Assembly: GCA_051313645.2 (NCBI GenBank)
Contig: JBNRSN020000031.1
Span: forward strand, 34,162,001-34,226,000
DNA length: 64,000 nt
Direction of reading: 5' to 3'
Source: Centroscyllium fabricii
Lineage: Eukaryota
In this document: piece by piece, positions 46,411 through 58,147 of the stretch
Layout: every line of letters begins with the position of its first letter
How positions within the stretch are numbered: position 1 is the stretch's first letter
Notes under the pieces: model-generated
Databases searched by the model: none
What the model saw: the letters and a program-made list of their open reading frames with translations, nothing else
What the model was told of the DNA's origin: nothing
Position numbers and translations under genes: made by a program

Positions 46411-46713
46411 CAGGGACAGGGACTAGGGACAGGGTCACTGGCAAGGCTTGGAAGCTAAGCAGGGCCAGGCCTGGTTAGTACTTGAATGGGTGACCACCAG
46501 GTAATACCAGGTGCAGAAGGTCACAAAAGGAGCCCCGGGGAGGGGCGGTTGGCTGAAGATTGTCGGAATGATGGAAAGATGGAATGGCGGCATGCACAGA
46601 CGCAGCGGCTTTGCTGGACTCTTGGGAGCTTGCAAGATCACATTTTGTTGTTCATGTACTTGTACATTGTATAATGACAATAAAGTTGAATTATTAATAT
46701 TATTATTATTATT
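46411..46713 (+). mobile_element. 5S rRNA-derived SINE with Rex1-like tail, copy 3
   Basis: 5S control region GGAAGCTAAGCAGGGCCAGGCCTGGTTAGTACTTG; tail tgacaataaagttgaatt(att)n. Confidence 0.85.
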
Positions 46714-47177
46714 ACCTCAGAGCGCTGGCAAAGCTCATGTGATGTCAGTCAGCAATGGAACACAGACACACTGGCACTGTCCAATTCTTAAAGGAGCGTT
46801 CTGACGAATGCTAATATGTTATGTATGATGTGTATGTATGTGTTATCCTCCCACCTGTGGTGGCGCTGCTACAGCACTGCACAGCCATGATGTTCTTTTA
46901 CTTTTTAGTTTCAGTTTCTCTTTTAACTGTTGATTAAACAAGATAGCTTTTTACAGCTTGGTAGTTTGAATTTTCTTTGTGTTTAAGTAGAAAGACTTAG
47001 ATACAATAATAGCAACAAGGATGGGATTATTCTGCATGTGGAACATTCTACCGGAAGACTGTAAAAAAAAAAGTCAGAACTTTCTTGTTTCACCGACAGA
47101 CACTGGGAACAGAGATTGCAGCATAAACTAATGTACGGATGCAGTAAGTAAACAGAAATCGAAAATTGCAATGCGAA

Positions 47178-48540
47178 ATGGCTGCTTTATTTGGAAACAT
47201 CGGTGATTTTGATGAAGAGTTAGAGCAATGGAATGCTTATACGGAACGTTTTGACTATTTTGTATTGGCAAATGGCATGGCAAATGATAAGATCGTGCCT
47301 ACATTCTTGAGCGTAATTGGAGCAAAGACATACTATTTACTGTGCAGCCTTGTACAGCCAGTTAAGCCAGGAACTAAAACATATAAAGAACTCATGGAAA
47401 TTCTTGAAGCACGTTTTTCACCGAAACCTCTGGTTATTGCGGAGCGATTTAGATTTCACAAACGGAAGCAAGAGGAAGGGGAAACAGTGACTACGTTTAT
47501 TGCTGCTTTGAAAAGGTTTTCGGAACACTGCGAATTCAACGAGGTGTTGAAGGACACCGTTAGAGCCAGATTGGTGTGTGGTCTGCAAAGTGCAGCCATA
47601 CAGAAATGCCTTCTTACTGAGGACAACCTCACTCTTGAAAAGGCCATTGAAGTTAGTGTCTCCATGGAGATGGCGGAAAAGGAGGCTCACCAGTTTAGTT
47701 CAACAGGGAGAGTTCACAAGGTGTCGTCGGAGCCTAAAAGAGTGCGCAACGGCACATGTTACCGTTGTGGTAAAACAAGCCATTACGCTAATGACTGCTG
47801 GTGTACGGAGCTGGAATGCCAAAACTGTGGCAAAAAGGGTCACCTCGAACATGCCTGTAGAGGTAAAAAAGGAACAGACAGAGCTGGGAAGCACAGAAAC
47901 AAAATGTCTACATTTGAACAAAAGAAGAAAAATTGTGTTCATTCAGTGCAGCGTGACGGAATAAGCAAAGCAGAGGGGAGCGACACCTCTGAGCATGAGG
48001 AGGTGCACATACTGATGGTTGCAGGTGGCCCAAATTATTACTGGGTGTCACCGCTGGTGGAAGGACAATCCATGCGGATGGAGGTGAACACAGGCATGGC
48101 TGTGTCCCTTATTTCAGACACTGTCTACAACAAATGCTAAAGCACATTACCCTTCAGCCAACAAGCATTGTATTAAAGACGTATGCCGGCAAACCGGTGG
48201 CCATGAGAGGTGTCATGGAGGTGACAGTTAAATTGAATGGACAGACTGCGAAACTGCCACTATATGTGGTAAAGGGAAATTACCCATCTCTACTGGGACG
48301 TGCGTGGCTAGAGAAAATCACACTGGACTGGCCTGCAGTCCGCATGATGTCAAAAGGGGAGTCAGGTCTGACTGCAGTTTTAAACAAACATGCAGAACTC
48401 TTCAATGGGGAACTTGGGCGCATGAAAAAGATCAGCGTGAGACTGGACATTAAACCTGGCAGCAAACCGAAGTTTCACAAAGCCCGACCTGTACCCTATG
48501 CAATTAGGCCAAAAGTTGAGGTTAACTTGGAGGCCTTAGT
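47178..48540 (+). pseudogene. Mag-like gag-protease, disrupted
   Basis: MAALFGNIGDF..VIAERFRFHKRKQ..CYRCGKTSH..CQNCGKKGH; protease site reads VNTG instead of DTG; frameshift at ~48135; truncated by CR1 at ~48540. Confidence 0.85.
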
Positions 48541-49388
48541 TTTTAAAAAAAATCGTGCGATTGGGGGTAATAGTCTGGCATGGGTGGAGGATTGGCTTTC
48601 TAACAGAAAACAGAGAGTTGGAATAAATGGTTCATTCTCAGACTGGCAATCAGTTCCACAAGGATCGGTGCTGGGACCCCAACTCTTTACAATCTATATT
48701 AATGATTTGGAGGAAGGGACCAAGTGCAACATATCAAAGTTTGCGGATGACACAAAGATGGGAGGGAGTGTGATGAGTGAGGGGGACATTAAAAACCTGC
48801 AAAAGGACATAGATAGGCTGGGCAGAGATTTGGCAGATGGAATATAATACTGGAAAGTGTGAAGTTATGCACTTTGTCAGGAAAAATAATAGAGCGAGTT
48901 ATTATCTAACTGGATAGAAACTGGAAAGTACTTCAGTGCAAAGGGATCTGGGGGTCCTGGTGCAGGAAACACAAAAAGTTAGTATGCAGGTGCAGCAGGT
49001 GGTCAGGAAGGCCAACGGAATGTTGGTTTTTATTGCTAAGGGGATGGAGTATAAAAGCAGGGAGGTCTTGCTGCAGTTGTACAGGGTATTGGTGAGACCA
49101 CACCTGGAATACTGCGTGCAGTTCTGGTATCCATATTTAAGAAAGGACATACTTGCTCTCGAGGCAGTGCAAAGAACGTTCACTAGGTTAATTCCAGGGA
49201 TGAGGGGGCTGACATATGACGAGAGGTTGAGTAGATTGGGCCTCTACTCATTGGAGTTCAGAAGAATGAGAGGCGAACTTATTGAAGCAAATAAGATTGT
49301 GAGAGGGCTTGATCGGGTGGATGCAGTGACGATGTTCCCAATGGTGGGTGAAACTAGGACTAGGGGGCATAATCTTAAAATAAGGGGC

Positions 49389-52300
49389 TGTGGCGGCACG
49401 CCCACTAAGACATCGAATCCGCCACGGGGACTCCGCGGAGCAAAGCACCGCTCATCCGGGTGACGCGACGACGTCACCACGTCGGCCGACGCGATGACGT
49501 CACCAACCGCGGGACTGTTTAAATACGATTGCTGCGAGTGGTTCACTCTCTTCCTTGTTTTGACTTAGTGTAATAAAGCTGTGTTTTCTCTAGCTCTGGC
49601 TCACGTGTGGTTCCTAGGCCTGCCGGCGCTACAGTGGTGACCCCGAACAGGAACGACTTCCAGAGAAGAAAAGCTGCCGCAGGATCTGGGACCACCAGCC
49701 AAAGACTTTTTGTTAGAAAACATGGTAAACCCAAGGAACCAAGCTCCACGAACACAGGGAGCTGGACAGAACGCCGGACATGGACTAACTCTACCCGAGT
49801 TCTGGGAGCAACGGCCAGCGGCCTGGTTTATGTGTATCGAGACCAGCTGCCGCACACATGGCATCCAAGGGGACGACCGCTATGACCTGGTGTTCTCAGC
49901 CCTACCACAGACGACGATTGATCGGATGTGGTCAAAAATACAGCGCGTGCCCGTCGCAGGCAGGTATGAAACGCTTAAGGCCGCGCTTATCAAAAAATTT
50001 ACCCCCTCCCAATTCGAGCGCGACTGCCAGCTCCTCGACCTCCCCGAACTCGGGGACGCAGACCCATCGGACCTCTTAGGTCAGATGCAAGCGCTCACAC
50101 CCAACTCGGCCTCCCTCTTCCGCACCGTCTTCCTCCTTAAACTGCCCCGCGCCATCAGACCGGCCTTGGCGGCCCTTGGCCATCGGAGCGATGACGAGCT
50201 CGTAGAGGAGGCCGACAGGCTCATGGAGGCGCAGCGCACCCGCTCAACCACGTGCGACCCTAACTCCGCATCGGTAGAGCGCAGCCAATCACCCCCCAGG
50301 CATAACTTTACGCCTGAACCTAGGGCCCCGTGCCCACCCAGACAACCGCGTCCCTCTAGCACCGGCTGGTGCTACTACCACACGCGGTTCGAACACAAAG
50401 CGCACCGCTGCGTCCAGCCATGCGCGTTTAAGCCACGGCCCAACCCAGCCCCCACCATGTCTGTAGGCCACACAGGAGCACTGCTCTTCGCCATAGACAG
50501 CGGCACAGGCCTCAGGTTCCTCTGCGACACAGGCGCGCAGCACAGCATCGTGCCAGCCTCCCCTGCAGAAACCAAACGAGGTACCCGAGGCCCGCCACTA
50601 GCGGCAGCCAACGGCTCTAATATAAAAACGTACGGCACCCGCAAGCTAACTATAACCCTTGCAAGCCACGCGTACACCTGGGATTTCGGAACGGCCCAGG
50701 TCACTTCACCCCTCCTCGGGGCAGACTTCCTCTGTGCCTACGGCCTACTGGTCGACGTAACCCGGCGCCGCTTGGTAAATATAAATACCATGACGACCAT
50801 CCCATGCTCCACAGGGCCCGCACTCCTGGCCCACGTGGCAGCCCAATGCCGCTCCAGGGACTCCGATGCCTACGGCACACTCCTGGCAGAGTTCCCCGCC
50901 CTTACCAACCCCACGTTCACCGCCCGCAAGGCCAAACACGGGGTAGAGCATTTTATCACTACCACAGGCCCTCCCGTCCATGCCCAAGCCCGTAGGCTCG
51001 ACCCGGCCAAGCAGGAGATCGCGCGCACCGAGTTCCGCACCATGGAGCAACTCTGTATAATTCGCCGCTCCAGTAGCCCCTGGTCCTCTCCGCTCCATAT
51101 AGCCCCCAAGCCCGACGGAGGCTGGCGCCCCTGCGGCGACTACCGCCGCCTTAACAATGCCACTACCCCGGATAGGTACCCCGTACCCCACATCCAGGAT
51201 TTTTCCGCCAGATTAGCGGGTTGTACGATCTTTTCCAAGATCGACCTGTTGCGTGGCTACCACCAGGTTCCGGTGCACCCGGCGGACATTCCCAAAACGG
51301 CCGTCATTACCCCCTTCGGACTCTTCGAGTTCCTTAGGATGCCCTTTGGCCTTAAAAACGCGGCCCAGGCCTTCCAGCGCCTCATGGACTCGGTCCTACG
51401 GGACTTGAAGTTCATTTTCGTCTATTTAGACGACATCCTCGTGGCCAGCACCTCCCCCCAGGAACACCTCCTGCACCTCAGGACCCTGTTCGAACGCCTT
51501 ACCAAACACGGCCTTATCTTAAGCCCCACCAAATGCAAATTCGGCCTCGAGACCATTGACTTCCTCGGCCACCGCATTTCCCAAACAGGGGCCATACCCC
51601 TGCCCTCTAAGGTGCAGGCGGTACAAGAATTCCCCCGCCCGGACTCCATTAAGGGGCTGCAGGAATTCTTAGGCATGGTTAATTTTTATAACCGCTTTAT
51701 CCCGGGAGCAGCCGCTCTCATGGCTCCCTTATACCAGGCCACCCGCGGGCAGTCCAATAAGGCTGCGGTCGAGTGGACGGCCGACGCCGCCACCGCCTTC
51801 ACCGCAACTAAAACCGCCCTGGCAAATGCCACCCTCCTAGCCCACCCTAGGCCCAACGCCAGAGTAGCCCTCACCACCGACACCTCCGACCACGCGGTCG
51901 GGGCCGTATTTGAGCAGTGGACCGGCAACTCGTGGCAGCCCCTGGCCTTTTTCAGCCGGCAACTCCGACCCCCAGAGGTTAAATACAGCGCCTTTGATAG
52001 GGAGCCACTCGCTCTCCATCTGGCGGTGCGACATTTTCGTTTCCTCTTGGAGGGCCGCCACTTTACAGCCTTCAGCGACCACAAGCCACTCACGTTCGCG
52101 ATGGCTAAGGTCGCTGAACCCTGGTCGGCCAGGCAGCAGCGCCAACTCGCGGCCGTGTCGGAAGTTACAACCGACATCCAGCACATTTCCGGCCGCGACA
52201 ACGTGGTCGCTGACTGCCTCTCACGCCCCACTATTAACGCCGCCCAAATGGCGGTCGATTACGCCCAGCTGGCCGCTGACCAGCTGGCCGACCCTGACCT

Positions 52301-53837
52301 ACTCAACGCAGCAACTAATCTCCCCGGCCTCCACTTGGCCAATATCGCGCACGGCCCCGCTGCCACCGTCGTCTGCTGCGACGTATCCTTGCCGCAACCC
52401 AGGCCAGTCGTACCCCACGCTTGGAGGCGACACATATTTAGTACCCTCCATGACCTGTCCCACCCCGGCGCCCGCGCGTCCATTAAATTAATATCGGCCC
52501 GATTCGTATGGCGCGGCCTGCGCAAGGACGTCCGCGCCTGGGCCAGCTCCTGCATAGCCTGCCAGCGCTCCAAAGTGCATAAGCACATCAGGGCACCGCT
52601 GAAAAATTTTAAAGTACCGGCCAGACGTTTTGACCATGTCCACATCGATCTCGTCGGGCCACTAGCGCCATCTCGGGGCCACACGCACCTAATGACCATG
52701 GTCGACCGCAACACTTGCTGGCCAGAAGCAGTCCCCCTCACCGCCACCGGCACCACGGACTTGGCCAGAGCGTTCATCGCCACCTGGGTCGCCCGCTTCG
52801 GCGTGCCCACAGACATCACCTCCGACAGAGGACCCCAATTTACGTCGGCATTATGGGCGGCCATCGCCCACGACCTCGGGGTGACACTACACCGAACCAC
52901 CGCATACCTCCCACAGGCGAACGGCCTATGCGAACGGTTCCACCGCTTGATGAATGCATCACTACGGGCCACGCTAAAAGACGCATCGTGGACCGACCAC
53001 CTTCCATGGGTCCTCCTCGGGCTGCGCTCGGCAGTCAAAGAAGACCTCAACGCCTCGGCAGCGGAGCTCGTCTACGGCCAAATTTTAACGGTGCCGGGCG
53101 AGTTCCTGGCTGAGCCCAACGCTCCCTGGTCAGCCGACCAGTATTTAAAAGATTTCGCCAACCCGGCACGAGCTTTCCAGCCACTACCAGTGGCCCGGCA
53201 CGGAGAGCCGGCAGCTCGGGTACCTGACAACATTAAAAATGCGAAATTCGTGTTCGTCCGGCGCGACGGACACCGATCTCCACTACAGCCACCTTACGAT
53301 GGCCCCTACAGAGTGCTTCGGGCGGGAGCTAAAGCTTTCGAGTTACAAATGGGCAACAGGACTGACACTGTGACAATAGACCGGCTCAAGCCGGCACACG
53401 TGATAGCGGGTGAGACTACGGTCCCCGCACAACCACCACAACGCGGTCGCCCTCCCGCAACAAAGCCCGCCCACACTCCACCGCAGAACCAGGAGCAACG
53501 AACAACACGGTCCGGCCGCATCATCCGGCCGCCCCAACGGCACAACATAGACTCTGTCACTATTCCTCCCGGACGGATTCTGGGGGGAGCTGTGTGGCGG
53601 CACGCCCACTAAGACATCGAATCCGCCACGGGGACTCCGCGGAGCAAAGCACTGCTCATCCGGGTGACGCGACGACGTCACCACGTCGGCCGACGCGATG
53701 ACGTCACCAACCGCGGGACTGTTTAAATACGATTTCTGCGAGTGGTTCACTCTCTTCCTTGTTTTGACTTAGTGTAATAAAGCTGTGTTTTCTCTACCTC
53801 TGGCTCACGTGTGGTTCCTAGGCCTGCCGGCGCTACA
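49389..53837 (+). mobile_element. Full-length CsRn1-clade Ty3/Gypsy retrotransposon
   Basis: 245-bp LTRs (49389-49633, 53593-53837) with 3 differences; 4-bp TSD GGGC; tRNA-Trp PBS TGGTGACCCCGA; PPT tggggggagc; CHCC gag motif. Confidence 0.95.
49722..53612 (+). CDS. Gag-Pol polyprotein, single uninterrupted ORF (~1296 aa from ATG)
   Basis: [19 protein letters not shown]; protease DTGA; RT YLDD; RNase H; integrase HHCC, D-D-E and GPY motifs. Confidence 0.93.
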   Translation: MVNPRNQAPRTQGAGQNAGHGLTLPEFWEQRPAAWFMCIETSCRTHGIQGDDRYDLVFSALPQTTIDRMWSKIQRVPVAGRYETLKAALIKKFTPSQFERDCQLLDLPELGDADPSDLLGQMQALTPNSASLFRTVFLLKLPRAIRPALAALGHRSDDELVEEADRLMEAQRTRSTTCDPNSASVERSQSPPRHNFTPEPRAPCPPRQPRPSSTGWCYYHTRFEHKAHRCVQPCAFKPRPNPAPTMSVGHTGALLFAIDSGTGLRFLCDTGAQHSIVPASPAETKRGTRGPPLAAANGSNIKTYGTRKLTITLASHAYTWDFGTAQVTSPLLGADFLCAYGLLVDVTRRRLVNINTMTTIPCSTGPALLAHVAAQCRSRDSDAYGTLLAEFPALTNPTFTARKAKHGVEHFITTTGPPVHAQARRLDPAKQEIARTEFRTMEQLCIIRRSSSPWSSPLHIAPKPDGGWRPCGDYRRLNNATTPDRYPVPHIQDFSARLAGCTIFSKIDLLRGYHQVPVHPADIPKTAVITPFGLFEFLRMPFGLKNAAQAFQRLMDSVLRDLKFIFVYLDDILVASTSPQEHLLHLRTLFERLTKHGLILSPTKCKFGLETIDFLGHRISQTGAIPLPSKVQAVQEFPRPDSIKGLQEFLGMVNFYNRFIPGAAALMAPLYQATRGQSNKAAVEWTADAATAFTATKTALANATLLAHPRPNARVALTTDTSDHAVGAVFEQWTGNSWQPLAFFSRQLRPPEVKYSAFDREPLALHLAVRHFRFLLEGRHFTAFSDHKPLTFAMAKVAEPWSARQQRQLAAVSEVTTDIQHISGRDNVVADCLSRPTINAAQMAVDYAQLAADQLADPDLLNAATNLPGLHLANIAHGPAATVVCCDVSLPQPRPVVPHAWRRHIFSTLHDLSHPGARASIKLISARFVWRGLRKDVRAWASSCIACQRSKVHKHIRAPLKNFKVPARRFDHVHIDLVGPLAPSRGHTHLMTMVDRNTCWPEAVPLTATGTTDLARAFIATWVARFGVPTDITSDRGPQFTSALWAAIAHDLGVTLHRTTAYLPQANGLCERFHRLMNASLRATLKDASWTDHLPWVLLGLRSAVKEDLNASAAELVYGQILTVPGEFLAEPNAPWSADQYLKDFANPARAFQPLPVARHGEPAARVPDNIKNAKFVFVRRDGHRSPLQPPYDGPYRVLRAGAKAFELQMGNRTDTVTIDRLKPAHVIAGETTVPAQPPQRGRPPATKPAHTPPQNQEQRTTRSGRIIRPPQRHNIDSVTIPPGRILGGAVWRHAH

Positions 53838-53882
53838 GGGCTGTCATTTCAAAACTGAGATTAGGAGAAACTTCTTCACTCA

Positions 53883-54601
53883 TGCCCTAGTTTCACTGGA
53901 GGCTACGAATTGCCGAATCGTGCCGATTGTGAAATTTGCCCGATTTGTGGGTCATTCTTGCAATTCGTGGTTGATTCTTAGTGGATTCGTAGTGGATTCG
54001 TAGTGGATTCGTAGAGATCGCGGTAGTTCGCGGGATTTCTTTGAGTTTTCAAGAAAGTTTTTGTTTGTCAAAAAATTTCGTGGGAGGGTTCACGAATGTC
54101 CAATTCGTGATAGATTCGTAAACAATTCGTGACTCATTCTTACCGTTCGTGACCCTTTCTTACCGTTCGTAACTGATTCGTAGTGGATTCGTAGTACATT
54201 CTTGGCTATTCTTGGGCATTCTTGATTTTCTCAAATTCGTGGAAAAATGCCGAATTCACCACGAATGCCCACGAATGTCCACGAATGTCCACGAATGCAC
54301 TACGAATGCACTACGAATGCAATTCGTAGATAATTCGTAGCTAATTCGTAGAATTCGTAACTTATTCGTGGAGTTCGTAGTGGATTCTTAATTAATTCTG
54401 CATATTCGTGAGTGATTCGTACCTCATTCCTACAATAATTCGTGATAGATTCGTAACCTTGTCCAGAATCGCCAAGAATTCACCAAGAATCGGCAAGAAT
54501 CAACCAAGAATTTTCGCATTTTTTGCAGAATCGCCAAGAATTTCGATTCTTGACGATTCTTGAGATTCTTGGCATTCTTAGCCTCCAGTGAAACTGGGGC
54601 A
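53883..54601. mobile_element. Harbinger-type MITE built of ATTCGT/ACGAAT/ATTCTT micro-repeats
   Basis: 23-bp TIR TGCCC(T/C)AGTTTCACTGGAGGCTA, 3-bp TSD TCA. Confidence 0.85.
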
Positions 54602-54698
54602 TCAGAGGGTGGTGGGGCTGTGGAATTTGCTGCCCCAGAGAGCTGTGGAAGCTACTACATTGAATAAATTTAAAACCGAGATAGACAGTTTCCTGGAA

Positions 54699-55165
54699 TT
54701 TTTTTTAATTCATTGATGGGATGTGGGCGTCACTGGCTAGGCCTGCATTTTGGTGCCCATCCCTAATTGCCCTTGAGAAGATGGTGGGGAGCCGCCTTCT
54801 TGAACTGCTGCAGTCTTATTGTTTTTCGTAGCGGTTGTTTACAACTGAGTGGCTTGCTAGGCCATTTCAGAGGGCATTAAGAGTCAACCACATTGCTGTG
54901 GGTCTGGAGTCACATGTAGGCCAGACCAGGTAAGGATGGCAGATTTCCTTCCCTAAAGGAGATTAGTGAACCAGATGGGTTTTTGCAACAATCGACAATG
55001 GTATCATGGTCGCCATTACTAAGACTAACATTTAATTCCTGAATTAAATTGAATTAAATTTAAATTCCACCAGCTGCCGTGGTGGGATTTGAACCCATAT
55101 CGTCAGAGTATTTGACTGAGCCTCTGGCTTACTAGTCTAGTGACATAACCACTACACCACCGACT
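54699..55165 (-). mobile_element. tRNA-derived SINE with LINE-type tail
   Basis: A/B boxes at 55085-55165 (minus); tail shared with LINE ends at ~6995-7090 and ~40853-40970. Confidence 0.75.
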
Positions 55166-55169
55166 CCCC

Positions 55170-55318
55170 AATATTGTAAGGGGAATAGATAGGCGTTTCT
55201 GCGGCCACAAATGAGACTCCAGGACGGTGTGTTGCCTCCCTGGTGCAAGGGTCAAGGATGTCTCAGAGCGGCTGCAGAACATTTTGGAAAGGGAGGGGGA
55301 ACAGCCAGTTGTCGTGGT
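55170..55318 (+). mobile_element. CR1 ORF1 (SGNH esterase-like) fragment
   Basis: IVRGIDRRFCG..VCCLPGARVKDVSERLQNIL..QPVVVV. Confidence 0.7.
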
Positions 55319-55481
55319 TGCAACTTTCCTGCAAGTGAATGGTGTCCAACACATCAGGTCTGCGCCCTGCCATCCCTCTACTAATGGCCTGGCAGAAAGG
55401 TTCGTGCAAACCTAAAAAGCACGCCTTGAAGGCATCGCAATGTCAGGGCTCAATCCACCAACGTCTGAACAGATTCCTGTT

Positions 55482-55781
55482 GCCCGAGTTCCTGGGACTA
55501 GGGACAGGGCCACTGGCAAGGCTTGGAAGCTAAGCAGAGCCAGGCCTGGTTAGTACTTGGAGGGGCGACCACCAGGGAATGCCAGGTGCAGAAGGTCACG
55601 AAAGGAGCCCCGGGGAGGGGCGGTTGGCTGAAGATTGTCGGAATGATGGAAAGATGGAATGGCGGCGCGCACAGACGCAGCGGCTTTGCTGGACTCTTGG
55701 GAGCTTGCAAGATCACATTTCGTTGTCCATGTACTTGTACATTGTAGAATGACAATAAAAGTTGAATTATTAATTATTATT
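55482..55781 (+). mobile_element. 5S rRNA-derived SINE with Rex1-like tail, copy 4, inside the Mag integrase
   Basis: Splits RLNRFLL|YRNEPH; same body as the other copies. Confidence 0.85.
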
Positions 55782-58147
55782 ACAGGAACGAGCCGCATAC
55801 CACAACCAAAATTTCCCTCGCTTCGCTCATGATGAAGAGGCAGTTGCAGACAAGTTTTGACTTACTCAAACCTCCAAGGACAGAGCAGGTTGTCCAAAAT
55901 CAACAACAAGTTCAAGTTGAAAGAAGGGAGATAAGAGCCAAGGAGAGACGGTTTCATCCTGGAGACCAAGTCCTAGCTCGAAACTACAACACTGGACAGA
56001 AATGGGTTCCTGCTATGGTGATTGCACAGACGGGCCCTGTGTCGTACACGGTTGAGACTGCTGAGGATGTCATCTGGAGAAGACACACTGATCAACTGTT
56101 GCTAGGAGCAGAGACAGCCACCGAGGCTCCAAAGGCTGATCGGCCTGAACTGTTTCTGGATAACACCGCAAACCAGCATCCTTCTGCACAGTGCTCTTCT
56201 CCAACACAGGAAGTCAAAGAGACTGTTCCACCTGTACAAACTCCTGACTTTCGACTAACACGGTCACCTTCTCCATCCAGTCCTGTGTCAATGTCTACTG
56301 CTGTTGAAGCCAGCGATGCCTGCCGGTATCCTGTCAGAGAGCGGCGGCCTCCAAGACGCTTGGATATGTAGGCTTAGCGACTTACCCACAAGAATGGGGC
56401 AGAATAAACCCCAGGGTAAAGTCAGGGTTTGAGGCAGTCTACCTCTACCCTTAGTTAGTTGAGTGCATTGGAAGTAATTTACTTGTTGAGGAATAATGGG
56501 ACATTTTATTTAAGGGGGGAGGAATATGTTATGTATGATGTGTATGTATGTGTTGTCCTCCCACCTGTGGTGGCGCTGCTACAGCACTGCACAGCCATGA
56601 GGTTCTTTTACTTTTTAGTTTCACTTTCTCTTTTAACTGTTGATTAAACTCAACAACGTTTTACAACTCGGTAGTTTGAATTCTCGTTGTGCTTAAGTAG
56701 AAAGACTTGGATACAATAAATCGATCTGAGACGTTAACTCTGTTTCTCTCTTCACAGATGCTGCTTGACCTGCTGAGTTTCTCCAGCATTTTCTGTTTTT
56801 ATCTTAAAGGGGAGGGTCGATCTTGCTCTCCATCCACATCCTGCTCATTGCAGCCTTGAATCTCAGCCTGGAGAGACAGGTACATCAAATCTGCTGGGAA
56901 GGACAATGGAGAGACCCAGGGAAAGAGCTGAGAGTGCAGCCCCCACATTCTCTTCTAAATCGATACAAGGAAGGGCGAATCAAAATGAACCTGCAAAGTG
57001 CTGCTCAGTACCCAAAACTCCTTCACACAGTGTTGAATCTTTCCAGAAGTCTCTCTCTCTCACTCTCAGAATGTGTGGGTGCAAAAATGTCACCAACAAA
57101 AAAAGGCAGAAAGCAGTCACCTTTAAATAGCGCTCCCCCCAGTCCCTTCCTGACTGCAGAACACTCCCCTCAACCTATCGTTGTTAGTGGCAGGTGGTAA
57201 GGCAGGGGGTGCCACTCAATATCCGGTCCAGGTCTTTACCGGGGCGTTGTGCACTCGAATGACGCAACAATCTGCCGACGCACGAGGTCGTGGCGCTAAT
57301 GTTTAGTGCCGCCACTGAGCGCCTAGTCAATTTGCCGAGCGGCACGAAACTCGCCATGCCCAGGCGCTAGTTGCTTTGCGCCCCCATTAGCACTCGCCTA
57401 GGGTGCGAATGGGTGGCGTAACCAACCAAATTTTTCCCCCATGATGTGTACTAATAGCCAGTTAAGCCAGTATTAAGAATTGAATTGAAGACCTTCATAA
57501 GAATGGCATCAAAGGGATAAATCTGTAATAACCATTTTATATGATAAGATTTTGAAACACCTATACAGCAGACAGGATTCTGAAAGTTAACGGCTGAATT
57601 GACAGTAAGATTAGAAAGAATTCAACAGAAGATGACTAGAGACTGGCTCACATCAGCAGAAAACTTCAAAGAATAAACCACAAAAAAAAGTATGAAAATA
57701 AAGCTTTCAAATAGAAAGTCAGAAGTTGCTGGAAGGGGCAAGCAATTCTCAACTTCAGAGGCAGGCTTTGTAAGTTTTTAACTCTTTGAGGCTCGGGGAT
57801 CAAGAGGTACTCTTATTTGATTTTGGTGGATATTCTGGATTAGAAATAATAAGAAATGTAAAAATGTACAAAGTTAAGATTTGCGAATAAGGATCTCTGA
57901 GAATAAGAAATGTAAGCTATTTGTATTTTGAACTGTTAAAATCGCAATTGACTCACCAGCTGTTAACTGTATGTCGACTCTTAAATAAATCTACATATTT
58001 TTAGAATTGTCTCATAGTATTTCTGTATCAAACTCATGAACTCAATTTCTGTACACTCTTTTGTGAGGAGTTGCAGAATTCTGGGGGGTTTTCCGGACCC
58101 TCATAATATCCGAAAGTTTACAGTCTAGTTAAACTTATTAAAAGTGC

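Larger units (their letters stand above)
48541..54698 (+). mobile_element. CR1 3' fragment (48541-49388, 53842-53882, 54605-54698) split by a Gypsy element and a MITE
   Basis: PQGSVLGP, KFADDTK, TRGHNLKIRG|C..HFKTEIRRNFFT continues across both insertions. Confidence 0.85.
46817..56718 (+). mobile_element. Ty3/Gypsy element (Mag-like), decayed, RT/RNase H lost; LTRs ~46817-47008 and ~56527-56718
   Basis: Paired ~190-bp LTRs, decayed PBS tagcaacaaggat, PPT aaggggggagg; gag with two CCHC knuckles; integrase C-terminal pieces at 55320-55480 and 55782-56371. Confidence 0.88.
46240..57440. mobile_element. Harbinger-type MITE forming the outer shell of an 11.2 kb nest
   Basis: TIRs GGGGGAGAAATTCGGT / ACCAAATTTTTCCCCC (14/16), TSD ATG at 46237-46239 and 57441-57443. 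Confidence 0.7.

Noticed and set aside
46448-46516. 5S rRNA gene
   Set aside because: Only the internal control region is present, joined to non-5S flanks in four dispersed copies, so it is a SINE
48134-48847. 237-aa ORF fusing Gypsy protease to a LINE RT
   Set aside because: Chance in-frame junction of a CR1 fragment; the upstream protease is mutated and frameshifted and the CR1 RT is truncated
52259-53050. 263-aa antisense ORF within the CsRn1 element
   Set aside because: Expected shadow of a GC-rich pol frame; no independent motif
57444-58140. AT-rich stretch that may be a decayed transposase continuing from 45950-46236
   Set aside because: No frame gave a recognisable motif by eye
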